Positions 29,008 to 37,243 of a stretch of DNA of 64,000 nucleotides are shown here, in pieces (position 1 is the first letter of the stretch; each line of letters starts with the position of its first letter). The position numbers and the translations under genes are program-made. The notes beneath the pieces are model-generated. The model did not search any database. It was given only the letters and a program-made list of their open reading frames with translations, and had not been told where the DNA came from. Origin of the DNA: Candidatus Bathyarchaeota archaeon (GTDB taxonomy: Archaea; Thermoproteota; Bathyarchaeia; TCS64); NCBI GenBank assembly GCA_963769425.1, contig CAVYLP010000006.1, positions 384,001 through 448,000 on the forward strand. The letters are read 5' to 3'.

Positions 29008-30867
29008 ATGACGAGTGGATACGCGGGCAAGTTCCTAGACGTCGACCTCACGAAGGAGAAGATCAAGGAGATCAGCTTCGACGACAAGACCCTCCAGCAG
29101 TACTTCGGTGGGCGCGGGCTCGCGGCTAAGATACTCTGGGACAGGGTGGGCAAGAAGTGGGAGACACTCGACCCCTACGCCCCGGAGAGCCCGCTCATCG
29201 TCCTCACAGGCCCAATGACGGGCATCTACCCCGGCGGCAGGATATGCGTCTCGGGGAAGAGCCCGGTCAGCATGGGCACGGTAGGCTCAACGGCGGCGAC
29301 GGAGTTCGCGCACGAGCTACGATGCGCAGGATACGACGGCGTCATCTTCACGGGTAAGTCGGAGAAGCCCGTCTACCTCCTCGTGACGAACGACGGAGCA
29401 GAGATCAGACCAGCGGAGCACCTCTGGGGCACCGTCGGCGAGGAGACCATCAAGATTCTCAACAAAGAAGTCACGGAGGAGATGAGAAAGCGCAAGCCAA
29501 ACGTTGGTATCTGGCGCGAACCCGGCATGGTCTATATCGGCCCCGCTGGCGAGAACATGGTCCGCAATAGCGGCGTGATGAGCAAAATATGCCACGCAGC
29601 CGGGTACGGAGGCTACGGCGCCCTCATGGGCTCGAAGAAGCTCAAGGCAGTCGTCGCCAAGGGCAGGGGAAAGACCCCCGCCGCGGACGCCCCCGAGGCC
29701 GCGAAGTTGCTCTGGAAGAAGGCACACCAGATGCTCATAGCCAACAGCGAGATGCGCCGATACGGCACGGGCTACCTCGGATACACCGTCGGCGCCAGCA
29801 ACAGCAGCGAGCCCATCAGGAACTGGCAGACAGAGTGGCACAACGAGAAGAGCTACGCCGGCCCACGCTTCGAGGCGTACTGGGTCAAGAAGAAGTGGTC
29901 CGACTACAACTGCACCACGAACTGCATGAAGGTCAGCTGCATAAAGAACGGCAAGTGGAAGGGCGACATAACCGACCTCCCCGACTACGAGCTGCAGGCC
30001 TACTGCGGTACCAACATGGGCATCTTCGAACCCGTAGACAACATCCACATGAGCGCCCTAATCGACAACCTCGGCCACAGCGGAATCAACGGCCCCAACA
30101 CTATGGGCTTCGCCGCCGAACTCTACCAGAGGAAGATTCTCACAAAGAAGGACATAGGCTTCGAGCTCAACTGGGGTGACACCGATGCCTTTACGAAGCT
30201 CGCCTGGATGATGGCGAAGCGCGAGGGCATAGGCGACGTCCTAGCCGAGGGCACATACCGTGCCGCTATCAAGATCGCCGAGATGAAGGGGCTCCCGAAG
30301 GAGGAGCTGCTAAAGTACGTCGTACACGTCAAGGGCATCGAGATCGGCGCACACGGGACTCGCAGCGACCAGGACTACGTTCACGACGCCAGCTACGCGG
30401 GCAGCGTCCAGGGCGGGGACCACACATCCACCATCGGCGACGGCTACACTGACATGAGCGACGCCATCTTCGCCGACTGCGGCGTATTCTGCGACTTCTG
30501 CAGGACCACCCGCGAGCTGGAGTTCGACTTCGCCAAGGCCATCACGGGCTTCCCGATCACGGTCGAGAACTGGAGGAAGGAGACCGGCCCAAGGATAGTG
30601 ACGCTCCAGAAGGCTCTGCTGCTCCTCGGCGGACCTGACATGAAGTGGGAGCCTGTAAAGGACGACGACAACCCACCGAGGTTCTATGAGCCACTCCCCG
30701 AGGGGCCCTTCAAGGGCAAGACGACGGACAAGAAGCTCGTCGACCAGAAGCTGCAGGCTTACTTCGAGACGCTAGGCTGGGACGAGCGCGGGATCCCGAC
30801 GAAGGAGACGCTGAAAAGGCTGGACCTAGCCGACGTCGAGCCCTTCATGAAGAAGATGAGGGAATAG
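29008..30867 (+). CDS. Tungsten AOR-family oxidoreductase, WOR5-like paralogue 1
   Basis: 'GGRGLAAKIL', 'SGKSP', 'IGPAGEN', 'MGSKKLKA', DxxCxxxC cluster motif, 'LGWDERGIP'. Confidence 0.92.
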   Translation: MTSGYAGKFLDVDLTKEKIKEISFDDKTLQQYFGGRGLAAKILWDRVGKKWETLDPYAPESPLIVLTGPMTGIYPGGRICVSGKSPVSMGTVGSTAATEFAHELRCAGYDGVIFTGKSEKPVYLLVTNDGAEIRPAEHLWGTVGEETIKILNKEVTEEMRKRKPNVGIWREPGMVYIGPAGENMVRNSGVMSKICHAAGYGGYGALMGSKKLKAVVAKGRGKTPAADAPEAAKLLWKKAHQMLIANSEMRRYGTGYLGYTVGASNSSEPIRNWQTEWHNEKSYAGPRFEAYWVKKKWSDYNCTTNCMKVSCIKNGKWKGDITDLPDYELQAYCGTNMGIFEPVDNIHMSALIDNLGHSGINGPNTMGFAAELYQRKILTKKDIGFELNWGDTDAFTKLAWMMAKREGIGDVLAEGTYRAAIKIAEMKGLPKEELLKYVVHVKGIEIGAHGTRSDQDYVHDASYAGSVQGGDHTSTIGDGYTDMSDAIFADCGVFCDFCRTTRELEFDFAKAITGFPITVENWRKETGPRIVTLQKALLLLGGPDMKWEPVKDDDNPPRFYEPLPEGPFKGKTTDKKLVDQKLQAYFETLGWDERGIPTKETLKRLDLADVEPFMKKMRE

Positions 30868-30906
30868 TCCCTCCCCCTTATATTTCGTCATCCTACTTTT
30901 CCCCTG

Positions 30907-31845
30907 ATGGACCTTCTCAGCGGGTTCAGGGGCAGCCTTCTCGGTCTGGCTATAGGGGATTCACTCGGCGCTCCTGTCGAGTTCGAGCCGAGGGGCAGTT
31001 TCCCACCCATTACGGGTCTACGTGGCGGCGGGCCGTTTAACCTGAAGTCTGGGGACTGGACGGACGACACATCACTCGCCCTCTGCCTCGCCGAGAGCCT
31101 CATTGAGAAGAGGGGATTCGACCCCCACGACCAGGCCGAGAGGTATGTTAGATGGTGGAGGGGGGGCTACATGAGCTGCACGGGGAACTGCTTCGACATA
31201 GGGAACACAACGAAGGCGAGCCTACAGAGGTTCATGGACACCGGAAACCCCTACTCGGGGCCGACGAGTCCCGAGACGGGGAGCAACGGGTCCCTCATGA
31301 GGTTGGCGCCGGTGCCCCTGTTCTACCACGATGCGCCTGGGCGGGCTGTCGAGTACTCTGGGCTCAGCTCGAAGGTGACGCACGGAGCTGATGAGGCTGT
31401 AGACTCGTGCCGTTACCTCGGGGCACTCATCGTCGGGGCGCTAAGGGGCGAAGCGAAGGAGACCCTCATCTCAGGGAGATATGAACCAGAGAAGAGAATC
31501 TGGAAAAAACAACCGCTAACCGCTAAAGTCGACGCTGTCGCAGAGGGTTCTTTCCGGCGCTTAGAGCCACCGGAGATCAGAGCACAGGGATCGGCGGTGA
31601 AGACACTCGAGGCCGCACTCTGGGCGTTCGCGAAGGGGTCATCTTTCGAGGAGGGGTGTCTGCTCGCGGTCAATCTGGGTGACGACTCCGATACAGTGGG
31701 CGCAGTCTACGGACAGCTTGCGGGAGCCTACTATGGGATCGAGGAAATCCCCGCCAAGTGGCTTGAAGGACTCTCTTGCATAGAACTGATCGAATCGGCC
31801 GCCGAGAGGCTGTTCAAAGCATCACAGGCACGCATTTCGGTGTAA
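30907..31845 (+). CDS. ADP-ribosylglycohydrolase (DraG/ARH family)
   Basis: 'GDSLGAPVEF', 'WTDDT', 'NGSLMR', 'GDDSDTVGA'. Confidence 0.9.
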   Translation: MDLLSGFRGSLLGLAIGDSLGAPVEFEPRGSFPPITGLRGGGPFNLKSGDWTDDTSLALCLAESLIEKRGFDPHDQAERYVRWWRGGYMSCTGNCFDIGNTTKASLQRFMDTGNPYSGPTSPETGSNGSLMRLAPVPLFYHDAPGRAVEYSGLSSKVTHGADEAVDSCRYLGALIVGALRGEAKETLISGRYEPEKRIWKKQPLTAKVDAVAEGSFRRLEPPEIRAQGSAVKTLEAALWAFAKGSSFEEGCLLAVNLGDDSDTVGAVYGQLAGAYYGIEEIPAKWLEGLSCIELIESAAERLFKASQARISV

Positions 31846-31883
31846 TTAAGAGATTTTAACCCATTTCCGTATTTTCCTCCGAA

Positions 31884-31909
31884 TCGATATGTTTTAACAT
31901 GTATATCGG
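31884..31909. promoter_or_regulatory. Putative regulator box, copy 2
   Basis: TCGATATG-ttttaacatg-TATATCGG upstream of the second ferredoxin/oxidoreductase operon. Confidence 0.55.
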
Positions 31910-31982
31910 TTTCTTCGATGCGTCCAGAGAAGCCTTTTATCCCGATAATCGCCTAAAATCCATAGTTAATTCTGGTGAGACG

Positions 31983-32504
31983 ATGAGCAAACCCATCTGG
32001 ATAGCCCGAGACTACGCCGCCTGCAGCGGGTGCAAGCGGTGCGAGTTAGCGTGCAGCATGAAGTTCGAGGGATGGATGTTCCCCGAGGCCTCAATGGTCA
32101 GGGTCTTCATGCCCTTCCCCGGCGTCGAGGTACCACACCTCTGCACGCAGTGCGCCGACTACCCCTGCGTCAAATCCTGCGCCCCGAAGGCACTTAGTGT
32201 CGACCCCGTCACAACCGCCGTCATCGTAGACAAAGAGAAGTGCATCAGCTGCGGCAGCTGCATAAAGGCGTGCCCCGGCCACGTGCCGTACCTCCACCCG
32301 GAGACGAACAAGGTGGTCATATGCAACCTATGCAACGGGGACCCCGAGTGCGTGAAGGTCTGCGTCGAGGCGGGATACAACGCCCTAACCGTCGTCCCGG
32401 AGGGACCGAACGTTAACAAGAAGCTCTTCAGCCGGCCCCCCATCGAGGTGGCGAAGGAGCTCGCGGTATTTTTCTTCGGCGAAAAGGGTGAAGAGGTAAT
32501 CTAA
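31983..32504 (+). CDS. Polyferredoxin small subunit (WOR5-S-like) 2
   Basis: Close paralogue of 28485..29006; ATG at 31983 after GGTGAG. Confidence 0.9.
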   Translation: MSKPIWIARDYAACSGCKRCELACSMKFEGWMFPEASMVRVFMPFPGVEVPHLCTQCADYPCVKSCAPKALSVDPVTTAVIVDKEKCISCGSCIKACPGHVPYLHPETNKVVICNLCNGDPECVKVCVEAGYNALTVVPEGPNVNKKLFSRPPIEVAKELAVFFFGEKGEEVI

Positions 32505-32505
32505 G

Positions 32506-34374
32506 ATGCCCGGAGGATACGCTGGAAAGTACCTCGACATCGACCTCACCAAGAGGAAGATCAAGGACACGACCTTCGACGACGAGACGCTTGAGATGTT
32601 CTTCGGCGGCCGCGGCCTCGCCGCGAAGATACTCTGGGACCGCCTCGGGAAGAAGTGGGGGGACATAGACTCACTCGGCCCCGAGAACCTCTTCCTCGCC
32701 CTCACAGGGCCCATGACGGCCATCTACCCCGGCGCTAGGATAATGTGCTCCGGCAAGAGCCCACTCAGCAACGGCACAGTGGGATCAACCGCCTCAACCG
32801 AGTTCGCCTCCGAGATACGGATGGCGGGATACGACGGCGTCATAGTCACCGGGAAGGCGGACGAGCCCGTCTACATCCAAGTAACGAACGATGGCGGGGA
32901 GATCAAGAGCGCCAAGCAACTCTGGGGAACCGTTGGCGAAGACACGATAAAGATCCTCAACAGGGAGGTCACAGCGGACCTCACCAAGAAGAAGCCAAAC
33001 ATCGGACTCTGGAAGGAGCCCGGCATCATCTACACCGGCCCAGCCGGGGAGAACATGGTGCGCAACGCCGCGGTGATGACGAAGATCTGCCACGCCTGCG
33101 GCTACGGTGGCTACGGTGCCCTGATGGGGTCGAAGAACCTCAAGGCCATAGTCGCGAAGGGCAGGGGGAGGCTCCCACCGGCCAACGCCCCAGAGGCGAC
33201 CAAGCTCCTCTGGAGGAGGACCCACGAGTATCTCATCAACCAGGGCAGGATGCGCCGCTGGGGCACAGGCTACGGCGGCTACGCCACTGGCGCCGACACC
33301 AGCTCCGAGCCCGTGAAGAACTGGCAGGAGGAGTGGCACGACGACAAGAACATGGGCGGCCCCAAGTTCGAGAACAAGTTCTGGGTCAAGAAGAAGTGGA
33401 GCGACTTCAACTGCACAACCAACTGCATGAAGGTCAGCTGCATAAAGTCTGGGAGATGGAAGGGCGACATCACCGACATGCCAGACTACGAGCTTGAGGC
33501 GTACTGCGGGACCAACCTCGGCATCTTCGATGCAGCAGATAACATCCACATCAGTACCCTGATCGATAAGCTGGGACACAGCGGCATCAACGGCCCCAAC
33601 ACGATGGGTTTCGCAGCCGAGCTCTACCAGAGGGGAATCCTCACCGAGAAAGACTTCGGGTTTAGGCCCATCTGGGGCGACGCCGAGTCTATGGACAAGC
33701 TCGCCTGGCTCATCGCGAAGCGGGAGAAGATCGGGGACATCCTCGCAGAGGGCACCTACCGAGCCGCGATAAAGATCGCGAAGATGAAGAAGATGGAGCC
33801 GGAGGAGCTGCTCAAGTTCGCGGTGCACGTCAAGGGCATCGAGATTGGCGCACACGGCACCCGGAGCGACGCCGACTACACGCATGACATCTCCTACGCC
33901 GCAAGCGTACAGGGCGGGGACCACACCTCCACGACCACAGACGGATTCACCGACATGAGCGGCGCAGTCTTCACCGACTCCGCCGTCTTCTGCAACTTCT
34001 GCTACTTCGCCGTCCCACAGGAGCTCGTCTTCGACTACGCGAAGGCGATAACAGGCTTCCCGATCTCACAAGGCAGCTGGAGGAGCGTCACAGGGCCCAG
34101 GATAGTCACCCTGCAGAAGGTTCTGCTGCTGCTCGGCGGCCCCGACGTGACATGGGAGCCGGTCAAGGACGACGACAACCCGCCGAGGTTCTACGAGCCG
34201 CTCCCGACGGGCCCGTTCAAGGGGAAGACGACCGACCACAAGAAGGTCGACGAGAAGCTACAGACCTACTTCACCACCCTCGGATGGGACAAGATGGGCA
34301 TCCCTACGAAGGAGACGCTGAAGAAGCTGGGCCTGAGCGACTGCGAGACGGCCATGAAGAAGCTGAGGGAGTGA
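32506..34374 (+). CDS. Tungsten AOR-family oxidoreductase, WOR5-like paralogue 2
   Basis: Same motifs as paralogue 1; 622 aa. Confidence 0.92.
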   Translation: MPGGYAGKYLDIDLTKRKIKDTTFDDETLEMFFGGRGLAAKILWDRLGKKWGDIDSLGPENLFLALTGPMTAIYPGARIMCSGKSPLSNGTVGSTASTEFASEIRMAGYDGVIVTGKADEPVYIQVTNDGGEIKSAKQLWGTVGEDTIKILNREVTADLTKKKPNIGLWKEPGIIYTGPAGENMVRNAAVMTKICHACGYGGYGALMGSKNLKAIVAKGRGRLPPANAPEATKLLWRRTHEYLINQGRMRRWGTGYGGYATGADTSSEPVKNWQEEWHDDKNMGGPKFENKFWVKKKWSDFNCTTNCMKVSCIKSGRWKGDITDMPDYELEAYCGTNLGIFDAADNIHISTLIDKLGHSGINGPNTMGFAAELYQRGILTEKDFGFRPIWGDAESMDKLAWLIAKREKIGDILAEGTYRAAIKIAKMKKMEPEELLKFAVHVKGIEIGAHGTRSDADYTHDISYAASVQGGDHTSTTTDGFTDMSGAVFTDSAVFCNFCYFAVPQELVFDYAKAITGFPISQGSWRSVTGPRIVTLQKVLLLLGGPDVTWEPVKDDDNPPRFYEPLPTGPFKGKTTDHKKVDEKLQTYFTTLGWDKMGIPTKETLKKLGLSDCETAMKKLRE

Positions 34375-34415
34375 CCTTTTCCTTCTTTTTAGTGGAAAAT
34401 TAGGAGAATGAGAAA

Positions 34416-36284
34416 ATGCCTGGTGGATACGCGGGGAAGTTTCTGGACGTCGACCTCACCAAGAGGAAGATCAAGGACACGACCTTCGACGACGAGACAC
34501 TTGAGATGTTCTTCGGTGGCCGCGGCCTCGCCGCGAAGATACTGTGGGACAGGATAGGTAAGAAATGGAGCAAGGTCGATGCTCTCGGGCCCGATAACCT
34601 CTTAATCGCCCTAACGGGCCCAATGACAGGCATCTACCCCGGCGGCAGGATATGCGTCTCGGGGAAGAGTCCCATGAGCAACGGCACCGTGGGGTCGACC
34701 GCGTCCACCGAGTTCGCCCACGAGCTGAGGTGCGCCGGCTACGACGGCGTCATCGCCTCGGGGAAGGCCGACGAGCCCGTCTACATCCAGGTCACGAACA
34801 ACGGGGGTGAGATCAAGCCCGCGAAGCACCTATGGGGGAAGGACGGGGAGCAGACACTCATCGCCCTTAACAAGGAGGTTGACGCCGTCCTCGCCAAGTC
34901 GAAGCCAAACATCGGCCTCTGGCGCGAACCCGGAATGATCTACATAGGTCCGGCTGGGGAAAACCTCGTTCGAAACGCCGCGGTTATGACAAAGCTCTGC
35001 CATGCCTGCGGCTACGGCGGATACGGCTCCGTAATGGGAAGCAAGAACCTTAAGGCCATAGTCGCCAAGGGGCGCGGCAGGATGCCAGCCCCAGACGCCC
35101 CCGAGTCCGCGAAGCTGATGTGGAAGAGAACACACGAGCACCTCATCGCCCGGAAGCAGTTCAGGAGATGGGGCACGGGCTTCGGTGGTTTCTCCTTCGG
35201 CAACGCCACGAGCAGCGAGCCCATAAGGAACTGGCAGGAGGAGTGGCATGACGAGAAGAGCATCGGCGGCCCGATGTTCGAGACTAAGTATTGGGTCAAG
35301 AAGAAGTGGACCGACTTCAACTGCACAACGAACTGCATGAAGGTCAGCTGCATAAAGTCAGGCCCCTGGAAGGGGGACATCACCGACATGCCCGACTACG
35401 AGCTCGAGGCCCACTGTGGAACCAACTTCGGCATCTTCAACCCTGAGGAGATAATCCACCTCAGCACACTCTGCGACCTACTCGGCCACAGCGGGATCAA
35501 CGGGATGAGCGCTATGAGCTACGCGGCGGAGCTCTACCAGCGGGGCATCCTCACCGAGGAGGACATAGGCTTCAAGCTCAAGTGGGGTGATGCCAAGGCC
35601 TTCGACCGCCTGATGCGAATGGTCGCAAACCGCGAGGGCATCGGCGACGTGATAGCCGAGGGAACCTACAGGGCCGCCATCAAGATAGCAGAGATGAAGG
35701 GGATGAAACCCGAGGAACTGCTCAAGTACGCAGTGGTTGTAAAGGGGATAGAGGTCGGGGCGCACGGCACGAGAAGCGACGCCGACTTTGCCCACGACAT
35801 AGGCTACGCCGCCAGCGTACAGGGTGGGGATCACTCGAGCCTCGTCTACGACGGGTACACCGATATGTCGGGGAGCATCTTCGCCGACTGCGGCGTCTTC
35901 TGCAGCTTCGCCTACAACGGCGTCCCTCAGGAGCTTGTCTTCGATTTCGCCAAGGCCATCACGGGGTTCCCGATAGACATCGAGAGCTGGAGGCGTGTCA
36001 CCGGCCCGAGGATCATCACATTACAGAAGGTGCTGCTGCTCCTCGGGGGACCGGACGTGACGTGGGAACCTATAAAGGATGATGACAACCCGCCCCGCTT
36101 CTACGAGCCACTCCCCGGAGGCCCATTTAAGGGCAAAACCACCGACAAACAGAAAGTCGACAAGAGGCTAAAGACCTACTTCGAAACCCTCGGATGGGAC
36201 GCTAGGGGCATCCCGAAGACGGAGACTCTCGCGAGGATGGGGCTCAACGACTGCGAGCTCTCGATGGCGAAGCTTAGGCGCTGA
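34416..36284 (+). CDS. Tungsten AOR-family oxidoreductase, WOR5-like paralogue 3
   Basis: Same motifs; 622 aa. Confidence 0.92.
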   Translation: MPGGYAGKFLDVDLTKRKIKDTTFDDETLEMFFGGRGLAAKILWDRIGKKWSKVDALGPDNLLIALTGPMTGIYPGGRICVSGKSPMSNGTVGSTASTEFAHELRCAGYDGVIASGKADEPVYIQVTNNGGEIKPAKHLWGKDGEQTLIALNKEVDAVLAKSKPNIGLWREPGMIYIGPAGENLVRNAAVMTKLCHACGYGGYGSVMGSKNLKAIVAKGRGRMPAPDAPESAKLMWKRTHEHLIARKQFRRWGTGFGGFSFGNATSSEPIRNWQEEWHDEKSIGGPMFETKYWVKKKWTDFNCTTNCMKVSCIKSGPWKGDITDMPDYELEAHCGTNFGIFNPEEIIHLSTLCDLLGHSGINGMSAMSYAAELYQRGILTEEDIGFKLKWGDAKAFDRLMRMVANREGIGDVIAEGTYRAAIKIAEMKGMKPEELLKYAVVVKGIEVGAHGTRSDADFAHDIGYAASVQGGDHSSLVYDGYTDMSGSIFADCGVFCSFAYNGVPQELVFDFAKAITGFPIDIESWRRVTGPRIITLQKVLLLLGGPDVTWEPIKDDDNPPRFYEPLPGGPFKGKTTDKQKVDKRLKTYFETLGWDARGIPKTETLARMGLNDCELSMAKLRR

Positions 36285-36330
36285 CCTTTTTCATCAAGCT
36301 TTATCTCCCCCCGTAATGCGGTTGGTTACG

Positions 36331-36606
36331 ATGAAGGTCACAGTACGCGTCTTCGGGGATGTCTCACAGGTCATCGGCAGGAGACACGAGGTTGAGCTCC
36401 AGGAGGGCGCGACTATAACGACGATCGCCGCGAGGGTCGGCGAGAAGACGGGGCAGCGACAGGGCTACCTCGGCGACTTCCACGTCGGGGGCAAGGACCT
36501 AGCCATACTCCTCAACGGTAAGAGCATAGATTTGCTCAACGGCGTCCAGACAAAGCTCAAAGACGGCGACGAGGTCGTCGTCATGCAGCCGACAGCCGGC
36601 GGCTAG
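36331..36606 (+). CDS. MoaD/ThiS/SAMP ubiquitin-like sulfur carrier
   Basis: Beta-grasp pattern, 'LKDGDEV', C-terminal GG. Confidence 0.88.
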   Translation: MKVTVRVFGDVSQVIGRRHEVELQEGATITTIAARVGEKTGQRQGYLGDFHVGGKDLAILLNGKSIDLLNGVQTKLKDGDEVVVMQPTAGG

Positions 36607-37085
36607 AGCCTTATTAATACTTCTGCCTCAATCTCCACGGGTAGGCCGAAGGGCAGCTCAGCCATTCCCACCGCGGACCGCGCGTGTTTACCCGCCTCCT
36701 TCCCCCAGACCTCGATAATAAGATCGGAGAACCCGTTGATGACTGCGGGCTGATTTTTAAATCCGGGCGCAGAGTTCACCATCCCGAGGACCTTGAGCCA
36801 CTTCTCGACCCTATCCAAGTCGCCGAGCTCCTGCTTGAGGCTAGCTAGGATAGCCAGCCCCGTGAGGCGCGCCGCATCGTAGGCCTGGTCCTGCGTCACT
36901 TCGCTCCCAACCTTCCCGTACACCTGAGAGAGAGTACCGTCGGGATTCGTCGGACCGTGCCCCGAGACGTATGCCCTGTTCTCGTGCAACCTGACAAAGG
37001 GGAAAGTCTGGCGGAATGAGGCTGGGACCTTCGTAGGTTCCGGGAGAGTTATCCCAAGTTCAGATAGACGCGCTTCGATCCTCAT
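36603..37085 (-). CDS. RidA/YjgF family protein
   Basis: 'YVSGHGP', 'NGFSDL', 'HARSAVG', 'VEIE'; probable ATG 37085. Confidence 0.88.
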   Translation of the reverse strand: MRIEARLSELGITLPEPTKVPASFRQTFPFVRLHENRAYVSGHGPTNPDGTLSQVYGKVGSEVTQDQAYDAARLTGLAILASLKQELGDLDRVEKWLKVLGMVNSAPGFKNQPAVINGFSDLIIEVWGKEAGKHARSAVGMAELPFGLPVEIEAEVLIRL

Positions 37086-37176
37086 GTAGTTCGATACTGG
37101 TTCCCATCGCACCCCATTTAAAATCACCTGATAAGAACACGAGCCCCGAATGTCAATCTTTTTCCCACACCACAAA

Positions 37177-37202
37177 TCGATATGCAACATGAAACATCTC
37201 GA
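37177..37202. promoter_or_regulatory. Putative regulator box, copy 3
   Basis: TCGATATG-caacatgaaa-CATCTCGA upstream of the fourth oxidoreductase gene. Confidence 0.55.
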
Positions 37203-37243
37203 AGGCTATACCCTTATCAGTCTTCACAATTCTCTGGTATCAG

